A model generated the notes under the pieces. It made no database searches. It had not been told where the DNA came from and saw only the letters and a program-made list of their open reading frames with translations. DNA of 64,000 nt from NCBI GenBank assembly GCA_964502355.1, contig CAZCWK010000006.1:2321-66320 (forward strand), written 5' to 3'. Shown here in pieces: positions 11,991 to 19,450 of the stretch (position 1 is its first letter; the number at the start of each line of letters is the position of its first letter). Made by a program: the position numbers and the translations under genes. This stretch comes from an uncultured Bacteroidales bacterium. Its GTDB lineage: Bacteria > Bacteroidota > Bacteroidia > Bacteroidales > UBA1402.

Positions 11991-13106
11991 ATGCTGAAAA
12001 CTTTTATCGTTACAGGTGGTGCCGGTTTTATAGGTGCCAATTTCGTAAAATACATGTTGTCAAGCTATAAGGATATTAAAATTATTATTCTTGATAGTCT
12101 TACTTACGCCGGTAATCTGGGTACTATTGCCGGTGATATCGATGGCGAAAGGTGTATTTTCGTAAAAGGTAATATATGTGATTTTGATTTAGTCAATAAA
12201 ATATTTGAAGACTATCCTGTAGATGTGATTGTCAATTTTGCTGCTGAAAGTCATGTTGACAGGAGTATTGAAAATCCCCGTCTGTTTCTTGAGACAAATA
12301 TACTCGGAACACAAAATCTTATGGATGTTGCCAGAAAACACTGGTCAACCGGTAAAGATGAAAACGGTTACCCTACATGGAAACCTGAAGTAAGGTTTCA
12401 TCAGGTTTCTACTGATGAAGTTTACGGTTCTTTAGGAGATGAAGGATATTTTACCGAAGATACTCCGCTTGACCCAAGGAGTCCGTATTCAGCTTCCAAG
12501 ACTTCTGCAGACCTTATTGTTAAAGCATACATGGAAACCTTTAAGTTTCCTGCTACAATAACCAGATGTTCAAATAATTACGGTCCATATCAGTTCCCTG
12601 AAAAACTTATACCGTTAATTATTAAAAACATTCTTGAAGGTAAAAAACTACCTGTCTATGGTGACGGTACAAATGTTCGCGACTGGTTGTATGTGGAAGA
12701 TCATTGTAAAGCGATTGACAGAGTTGTCAGAGATGGCAAGGATGGTGAAATATACAATGTAGGAGGACATAATGAAAAACAAAATATTGAAATAGTAAAG
12801 CTTACTATTGATACAATTATTGATTTGATGAATTCTAATTCTGAATATAAAAAAGTTTTGAAGACTGATTTATCAAATATCAATTATGATTTAATCACTT
12901 ATGTTCAGGACAGGCTTGGTCATGACAAACGCTACGCTATAGATCCTACAAAAATGAAAGAGTTATTGAATTGGGCACCCGAGACAAGTTTTGAGGTTGG
13001 TATAAAGAAAACTATAAAATGGTATCTTGAAAACCAGTCATGGGTAGATGAGGTAACATCAGGAGATTATCAGAAATATTACGAAAAAATGTATTCAAAT
13101 CGTTGA
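11991..13106 (+). CDS. rfbB: dTDP-glucose 4,6-dehydratase
   Basis: 371 aa. VTGGAGFIGANF, HQVSTDEVYG, PYSASKTSADL. Confidence 0.95.
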   Translation: MLKTFIVTGGAGFIGANFVKYMLSSYKDIKIIILDSLTYAGNLGTIAGDIDGERCIFVKGNICDFDLVNKIFEDYPVDVIVNFAAESHVDRSIENPRLFLETNILGTQNLMDVARKHWSTGKDENGYPTWKPEVRFHQVSTDEVYGSLGDEGYFTEDTPLDPRSPYSASKTSADLIVKAYMETFKFPATITRCSNNYGPYQFPEKLIPLIIKNILEGKKLPVYGDGTNVRDWLYVEDHCKAIDRVVRDGKDGEIYNVGGHNEKQNIEIVKLTIDTIIDLMNSNSEYKKVLKTDLSNINYDLITYVQDRLGHDKRYAIDPTKMKELLNWAPETSFEVGIKKTIKWYLENQSWVDEVTSGDYQKYYEKMYSNR

Positions 13107-13107
13107 A

Positions 13108-13653
13108 ATGCAGTTTATTGAACAATTTATAAAAGGAGTTTTCATCATAGAACCTAAGGTTTATTATGACCAGAGAGGTTATTTTATGGAAAGTTTTAAG
13201 GAGGCTGATTTTGAAAAAAACATTGGCAAAATCCATTTCCTTCAGGATAATGAATCAAAGTCTTCATATGGTGTATTAAGAGGATTGCACGCTCAGTCCG
13301 GTAATTCTGCACAAGCCAAATTGGTAAGAGTAATTAAGGGATCTGTCCTTGATGTCGTAGTGGATATGCGTAAAGGCTCATCTACTTTCGGAAAATACGT
13401 AGCTGTGGAATTATCTGAAGAAAACAAGCGTCAGCTTTTTGTTCCCCGTGGATTTTATCATGGTTTTTTGGTTACCAGTAATGAAACCATTTTCTCATAT
13501 AAGGTAGATAATGTTTATGATCCTTCTTCTGAAGTATCATTAAATTATGCAGATCCGACTATAGGTATTAAATGGCCTGTTTCAGAGAATGAGTTAATAC
13601 TATCAGATAAAGATAAAGTAGCTCCGTTATTGTCAGAAGCTGTTATTTTTTAA
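13108..13653 (+). CDS. rfbC: dTDP-4-dehydrorhamnose 3,5-epimerase
   Basis: 181 aa cupin. DQRGYFMESF, LRGLHAQ, VPRGFYHGF. Confidence 0.9.
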   Translation: MQFIEQFIKGVFIIEPKVYYDQRGYFMESFKEADFEKNIGKIHFLQDNESKSSYGVLRGLHAQSGNSAQAKLVRVIKGSVLDVVVDMRKGSSTFGKYVAVELSEENKRQLFVPRGFYHGFLVTSNETIFSYKVDNVYDPSSEVSLNYADPTIGIKWPVSENELILSDKDKVAPLLSEAVIF

Positions 13654-13680
13654 TATTGTTAAATTATAAGTGTTACTTTA

Positions 13681-13688
13681 TATATTTG
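13681..13688 (+). promoter_or_regulatory. candidate -7 promoter box (TAnnTTTG)
   Basis: TATATTTG lies 40 nt upstream of ATG 13728. Confidence 0.35.
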
Positions 13689-13727
13689 ATCGTAAGTAGT
13701 TGAAATATAGAGGTAAATTATATTCAA

Positions 13728-14876
13728 ATGAGAAAGAAAGTATTTGTATCAGGCTGTTATGACATGCTACACAGTGGGCATATTGCCTTCTTTAAAGAAG
13801 CAGCAAGTTATGGCGATTTATATGTTGGCTTAGGATCTGATTCAACCATACATGACTTGAAAGGACGGGATACCATAAATTCTGAGCAGGAAAGGTTGTA
13901 TATGGTAAAGTCAATCAAATATGTCACTGATGCCTGGATAAATACCGGTTCCGGAATACTGGATTTCGAAGATGATTTAAGACGTTTTAAACCTGATTTG
14001 TTCATTGTTAATGAAGATGGTCATTCACCTGCAAAAGAGAAAATCTGTACTGAACTTGAAATTAATTATCTGATTTTAAAAAGAATACCTGAAGCAGGCT
14101 TACCTGCCAGATCTACTACTTCAATCAGAAGCGAAGTTCACTGTCAGTTGCCGTTCAGAATTGATCTTGCAGGTACATGGATTGATCAGCCATACGTTTC
14201 AAAATATGGTTCAGGCTGGGCATTAACTATCTCTGTTGAACCTACTATCGAGTTTATGGAGAGGTGTGGTATGTCTACTTCTACACGAAATGCGGCAAGA
14301 AAGCTATGGCCATATCAGTTGCCGCTTGATCGTCCTGAAAAATTAGCTGAAATGCTTTTCAGATTTGAAAATGAACCTGGCAGAACTGAAATATCCGGTG
14401 CCCAGGATTCTATTGGCATTTGCATGCCGGGATTAAACAGACACTTTTATGATGGTAATTACTGGCCGGCAAAAATTGAGTCCTGCCATGATGAGAGTAT
14501 CTTGACATGGCTTGAAGACCATTTGTATATGGTTTTACTTTGGCCCAGAGAGCCTGGTCTGAATTTGCTGAAGGAAACTTACATAAATGAAGAAAATGTA
14601 AAAGCTTTGACATCTGCGGCTGAAAGATGCTGGGATGCAATAATGAAAAAAGATTTAGAAGCTTTTGCTCAATCTTATAAGGACTCTTTTGAAGCACAGA
14701 TACGAATGTTTCCTGCTATGATGAATCCTGCTGTTGCTGAAGTAATTGATAGCTACAAGGATAAAGCTCTTGCCTGGAAAATGCCGGGAGCAGGAGGTGG
14801 CGGTTATCTTGTTTTTATTTGTGAGAAACCGTTGGAAAACAGCATAAGGCCTAAAATTAGAAGGAGAGGCATGTGA
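13728..14876 (+). CDS. fusion protein: N-terminal cytidylyltransferase-fold nucleotidyltransferase + C-terminal GHMP-family sugar kinase
   Basis: 382 aa. The N-terminus carries VSGCYDMLHSGH (HxGH nucleotidyltransferase signature). The C-terminal about 250 aa carry GHMP-like motifs: RIDLAGTWIDQP, a divergent phosphate loop CGMSTSTRNA, and MPGAGGGGYLVF. Confidence 0.6.
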   Translation: MRKKVFVSGCYDMLHSGHIAFFKEAASYGDLYVGLGSDSTIHDLKGRDTINSEQERLYMVKSIKYVTDAWINTGSGILDFEDDLRRFKPDLFIVNEDGHSPAKEKICTELEINYLILKRIPEAGLPARSTTSIRSEVHCQLPFRIDLAGTWIDQPYVSKYGSGWALTISVEPTIEFMERCGMSTSTRNAARKLWPYQLPLDRPEKLAEMLFRFENEPGRTEISGAQDSIGICMPGLNRHFYDGNYWPAKIESCHDESILTWLEDHLYMVLLWPREPGLNLLKETYINEENVKALTSAAERCWDAIMKKDLEAFAQSYKDSFEAQIRMFPAMMNPAVAEVIDSYKDKALAWKMPGAGGGGYLVFICEKPLENSIRPKIRRRGM

Positions 14877-14885
14877 TTATTTGGT

Positions 14886-16766
14886 TTATCCAAATAACTT
14901 ATTTATAAGGTCTTGTCTGTTCATTTTTCTTAGTTTTTTGATAATAATATCACGGTAATTTTTGTCATACCAGAAGAAATAATCTTTTTGCCCGGTTTTT
15001 TCCTGTTTGCTCTTTGCTGAGAATACGGGTTTAAGGGTATAAGGATCAAGGCCTGTATAAAACATTTCTGTAGCCAGGGTCATAGGTGTAGGCGTAAAAT
15101 CCTGTACTTGTTCTAGTCTGAAGTTAAGTCTGCGTGTTTCAACAGCCAGCTCAGCCATATCTTCTTCAGTACATCCGGGATGTGATGATATGAAATAGGG
15201 TATAAGTTGTTGTCTTCCGGTTTCAGCATGTTTTAATCTGCGATCTTCAAACTCATTAAACTTTTCTGTGAATTTTTTGAACTGATTAAAATCTGGTTTC
15301 CTCATAAGTCTGAGAACATTCTGGCTGGTATGTTCAGGAGCAACTTTTAATCTTCCGGATACGTGATTCTTCACAACTTCTTCCAGATATTCATAAGAAT
15401 AGTTCTTGTCATTTTCTTTAGCGAATGATTTTTCGTTTTTATTGTCAGATATTTTTTCTCCTACAATCAGATCATAACGTATTCCGCTTCCTATGAAGGA
15501 TTTTTTTATGCTGGGAACCGCATCGGCTGCTTTATATAAGTCTATTAATGGTTTGTGATTTGTATTAAGATTCCTGCATATTTTTGGATAAATACATGAA
15601 GGTCTTTTACAATTTCTGCATAAGCCCAAATCAAATCCCTGCATTTGATACATATTAGCTGACGGTCCACCCAAATCACTAAGATATCCTTTGAAATCCT
15701 CCATCTCCGATAGTTTCTTTATTTCATCAATAATGGATTCTTTACTTCTGCTTGTAATAAATTTGCCCTGATGAGCAGAAATAGTACAAAATGAACAGCC
15801 TCCGAAACATCCTCTGTGAATATTAACTGAGAATTTTATCATTTCATAAGCCGGGATGGTTTTGCCTTTATATTTTGGATGTGGAAGTCTGGTAAATGGT
15901 AAAGAATGCACTTTGTCAAGCTCTTCACCTTCCATTGGAGGGAAAGTGCCATTCACAACAATTTCAAGGTTTCCACATGATTGTATTATTCTGCTTGATT
16001 GATATTTGTTGGATTCCTCTTCAATTATTTTGAAGTTTTCAGCCTGATAAATCTTGTTTTTCAGGCATTCTTCATGTGAATGTAAATAAACCCATTCGTT
16101 TTGTCTTATTATTCCTTTCTGGTTATTGCCTTCATTTACACCAATATAAGCTGTCTGAGGGATGTCTTTCATTGATGAAATAGTTTCACCTTCCATAAAT
16201 CTTTTGCATAACTCAGCAAGCGGTTTTTCCCCCATACCATATACCAGCATATCTGCCTTGCTGTCAATGAGAATACCGGGCATTAATTTATCTGACCAGT
16301 AATCGTAATGAGTCAACCTTCTGAGAGATGCTTCTATACCTCCGATGATTACAGGAGTATCAGGAAATAATTTTTTTAATATCCCTGAATAAGTTATTGT
16401 GGCGTAATCCGGTCTCGAACCTGCTTTTCCACCGGCAGTGTATGCGTCATCCGAACGTAATCTTTTATTTGCGGTATAATGATTCACCATAGAATCCATA
16501 CAGCCGGCAGTAATGGCAAAGAAGTATTTTGGTTTGCCTAATTTGGTGAAATCTCTGTAATCACCTCTCCAGTCAGGTTGTGGAACCAATGCGACTTTTA
16601 GCCCAAATGATTCCATCAATCTTCCGATAACAGCAGCACCAAACGAAGGGTGATCAACATATGCATCACCTGAAAAGATTATAACATCAACTTCATTCCA
16701 ACCCCTGATTTCCAGTTCTTTTTTTGTGGTTGGCAACCAATCTGTTAGTCTGTAATTTTCTGCCAT
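14886..16766 (-). CDS. ygiQ: YgiQ family (UPF0313) radical SAM protein
   Basis: 626 aa. Radical SAM triad in CFGGCSFC. N-terminal MAENYRLTDWLPTT...VDVIIFSGDAYVDHPSFG is typical of YgiQ. Confidence 0.85.
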   Translation of the reverse strand: MAENYRLTDWLPTTKKELEIRGWNEVDVIIFSGDAYVDHPSFGAAVIGRLMESFGLKVALVPQPDWRGDYRDFTKLGKPKYFFAITAGCMDSMVNHYTANKRLRSDDAYTAGGKAGSRPDYATITYSGILKKLFPDTPVIIGGIEASLRRLTHYDYWSDKLMPGILIDSKADMLVYGMGEKPLAELCKRFMEGETISSMKDIPQTAYIGVNEGNNQKGIIRQNEWVYLHSHEECLKNKIYQAENFKIIEEESNKYQSSRIIQSCGNLEIVVNGTFPPMEGEELDKVHSLPFTRLPHPKYKGKTIPAYEMIKFSVNIHRGCFGGCSFCTISAHQGKFITSRSKESIIDEIKKLSEMEDFKGYLSDLGGPSANMYQMQGFDLGLCRNCKRPSCIYPKICRNLNTNHKPLIDLYKAADAVPSIKKSFIGSGIRYDLIVGEKISDNKNEKSFAKENDKNYSYEYLEEVVKNHVSGRLKVAPEHTSQNVLRLMRKPDFNQFKKFTEKFNEFEDRRLKHAETGRQQLIPYFISSHPGCTEEDMAELAVETRRLNFRLEQVQDFTPTPMTLATEMFYTGLDPYTLKPVFSAKSKQEKTGQKDYFFWYDKNYRDIIIKKLRKMNRQDLINKLFG

Positions 16767-19250
16767 TTATTCTAAATCTACGATTGTTATACCTGCACCA
16801 CCAAACTGAACATGTTCGTCGTGATAATCTTTAACTCCATTAACTGTACCGAGGTATTGTCTGATTAGTTGCCTGAGTACTCCGGTTCCTGTGCCGTGGA
16901 GTATCCTTACACGGCTGACACCTGTCATTATAGCATCATCAATGAAATATGTAATTGTCTGCAAGGCTTCATCACCTCTCATTCCTCTTACATCTATTTC
17001 TTGTTTAAATTGTAATTTTTTTTCTCTGATTTCGTCAGATGTTCGTCTGCCAATGGTTGTATATGGGTTGAGATTTTCTTTTTTGACAGTAGCATGTTCG
17101 ATTTCGTCTATTTTGACTTTTGTTTTAATCGAACCAAAGATTACCATTGCCTTGCCTTCTTTTATTGACAAGATTGAGCCTACAGCCTGTTGCCCTTTAA
17201 TTCTTACAGTATCTTTTATTTTGAATTCCGGTTTAAGGATAGGCTTTACAGTAAGCGAAGGATTAACATCCTTTTCTTTATGTTTTGGATTGAGTTTTCT
17301 TTCGTCTTTTCTTTTGATCTTATCAATTTTTCTTTTAATAAAATCGATTTCGTCGGTATTATCTGTGGATATAGTTTCTTTAAAATCCTGGATGTTTTTT
17401 CTGAGTAATTTGGTTTTTTCCTTTTCTGCCTGAGTCTCACGGATTTCCCTGACAGTGTTTTCAATTATTGAATTGGAATTTTCCAGAATTTTTTTTGCTT
17501 CATTCTTCGCATTCAGAATTATTTCTTTTTTCTTCTGACTTACATCATTTAGTTCATTTTCAATCTTTTCATACAATTCCTCAGACTTTTTCTCCTGTAT
17601 CCTGATTTGTTGTCTTTTGTTTTCCCAATATCGTTTATCCCTTACAATGTCCTGCAAATATTTGTCTATATCAATATACTCTGAACCAACTATCTGTGAA
17701 GCCTTTTCAATCACTTCTTCAGGTAGTCCGATCTTTCTGGCAATTTCAACAGCAAAAGAACTTCCGGGTCTTCCGGTTTCTAACAAAAAAAGAGGTTTCA
17801 TCTCATTCCTGTCGTAAAGCATTGCCCCGTTAAATATGCCTTCGTGGTCATCAGCGTAATGTTTAAGATTGCTGTAATGAGTTGTAATAATGCCGAATGA
17901 TTTTTGTTTATTAAACTTTTCAAGACATGCTTCAGCTATAGCTCCTCCGATTTTTGGTTCAGTGCCACTTCCGAATTCATCAATTAATATAAGTGTTTTT
18001 CCGTTACCATTTTTCAGGAAATACTTCATGTTCAAAAGATGTGAACTATATGTACTTAAATCATTTTCAATGGATTGTTCATCGCCAATATCAACAAAAA
18101 TACTCTCAAAACATCCTGTCAATGAACTTTCATGAACAGGTATCAACAAACCGCACTGTAGCATGTATTGCAGTAAGCCGACTGTTTTCAAGCAAACCGA
18201 TTTACCACCTGCATTAGGACCTGAAATTATGAGAATTCTGTTTTTGTCATTGAGCTTTACTGATAATGGTACTATTTTTCTTTGTTGTTTTTTAAGTGAA
18301 ATGTCAAGCAGGGGATGTATGGCTTTATTATATTCAATACATGGTTCATTTATAAAATCTGGTTTAATTGCTCCTATGGTTTTCGAAAAAATCGATTTTG
18401 CTCTGAGGAAATCTATTTCAGCAAGTAACTCATATGAACTAATCATCTCAATTGCAAATGGTCTGATCTTATCTGTAATCTGTATCAAAATCTTAATAAT
18501 CTCACGTCTCTCTTCATTCTGAAGCTCTCTTATTCGGTTGTTGATTTCAACAAGTTCTTCAGGCTCAATGAAAATAGTTTTTCCTGTAGCGGATTCATCA
18601 TGTACAATACCCTTAATCTTTCTTTTATACATCGGTGAAACCGGTAAAACCAACCGGCCTTCTCTCATACCGGGAACAGTATCTTTATCCACAAATCCAT
18701 CCAATTGAGCCTTTCTCAGGATTTGACTCATCTTTCTTGAAACACTGTTGCTGGTAGATGATAATTCTTTCCTGATATTTGAAAGTTCAGGTGATGCATT
18801 ATCTTTAATTTCACCTTCAGGTGTTAAAATCGTATCAACCTTTTTAATGATTTCAGGAAATACAGGCGTTTCAGAAGCAAGCAGACTTAAACAAGGATAT
18901 TTATTTGTTTTATCTTCATTTTTAAAGAATACTACAATTTTCCTGATTGATTCCAATGATTGTCTTAATGCCAAAAGCTCTGATTCATCAAGCCAGATGC
19001 CTTCAATTCTGATTTTTTTTAGCGAAGGTTTTAAATCGTAAAAGTGACAATCCGGGAAAGTATCTTCTTCGTTTGATATATTCTGGTATTCCTGAGCTCT
19101 TCTCAGATACTCAAGTATGGTTTCATATTTGCTTGAAAATGAGATTTTATCAACTTTTTCTGAACCAAGAGTACTTAAACATTCATTTTTTAAGTACTGC
19201 CTGATCTGGTCAAATCCTATTTTTTGTTCGAAATGTATTGGATAAATCAT
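16767..19250 (-). CDS. mutS2: endonuclease MutS2 (MutS domain V ATPase + C-terminal Smr domain)
   Basis: Walker A GPNAGGKS. C-terminal Smr (VRILHGTGTGVLR). The track start 19322 adds 24 unlikely residues; the ATG at 19250 gives MIYPIHFEQKIGF. Its stop codon directly abuts the ygiQ start. Confidence 0.9.
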   Translation of the reverse strand: MIYPIHFEQKIGFDQIRQYLKNECLSTLGSEKVDKISFSSKYETILEYLRRAQEYQNISNEEDTFPDCHFYDLKPSLKKIRIEGIWLDESELLALRQSLESIRKIVVFFKNEDKTNKYPCLSLLASETPVFPEIIKKVDTILTPEGEIKDNASPELSNIRKELSSTSNSVSRKMSQILRKAQLDGFVDKDTVPGMREGRLVLPVSPMYKRKIKGIVHDESATGKTIFIEPEELVEINNRIRELQNEERREIIKILIQITDKIRPFAIEMISSYELLAEIDFLRAKSIFSKTIGAIKPDFINEPCIEYNKAIHPLLDISLKKQQRKIVPLSVKLNDKNRILIISGPNAGGKSVCLKTVGLLQYMLQCGLLIPVHESSLTGCFESIFVDIGDEQSIENDLSTYSSHLLNMKYFLKNGNGKTLILIDEFGSGTEPKIGGAIAEACLEKFNKQKSFGIITTHYSNLKHYADDHEGIFNGAMLYDRNEMKPLFLLETGRPGSSFAVEIARKIGLPEEVIEKASQIVGSEYIDIDKYLQDIVRDKRYWENKRQQIRIQEKKSEELYEKIENELNDVSQKKKEIILNAKNEAKKILENSNSIIENTVREIRETQAEKEKTKLLRKNIQDFKETISTDNTDEIDFIKRKIDKIKRKDERKLNPKHKEKDVNPSLTVKPILKPEFKIKDTVRIKGQQAVGSILSIKEGKAMVIFGSIKTKVKIDEIEHATVKKENLNPYTTIGRRTSDEIREKKLQFKQEIDVRGMRGDEALQTITYFIDDAIMTGVSRVRILHGTGTGVLRQLIRQYLGTVNGVKDYHDEHVQFGGAGITIVDLE

Positions 19251-19450
19251 AAAGCCCCGACCGAAATTTATATTTACAAATATAATACTAATAACTGAGC
19301 TGTATTGTTCTGAAAAAAACAATTAAATCTTATATATGTACTTAGTATTCACGTTCTAATCGGCATAGCAATAATGATATTTAATTGCTTTTAATCAATT
19401 AATGTTTATTTTTGTTATACCATAAACACACAAACATCATTGTTTTTATC

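Noticed and set aside
14886-16766. ygiQ as the missing radical SAM partner of the peptide cluster
   Set aside because: It is about 8 kb away, on the opposite strand, and in a different operon (with mutS2). It belongs to the housekeeping UPF0313 family, which is not known for peptide maturation.
16891-19041. Series of plus-strand ORFs (16891-17433, 17190-17408, 17617-17817, 17890-18135, 17993-18217, 18163-18522, 18748-19041) and the minus-strand ORF 17246-17464
   Set aside because: All lie inside mutS2, either antisense or out of frame. Their Ser/Leu/Phe/Ile-rich products are typical of shadow frames in AT-rich genes.
19412-19450. N-terminal extensions suggested by the ORF track (also 55307-55399, 53341-53388, 32281-32331, 58267-58320, 24246-24272, 19251-19322, 5510-5530, 6609-6677, 9929-9940)
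   Set aside because: The extensions start at TTG or other upstream codons and add hydrophobic or junk residues ahead of a Met that begins a recognisable N-terminus or signal peptide. I used the internal ATG instead. Exception: the rlmD TTG start at 55227 was kept because the N-terminus looks native.
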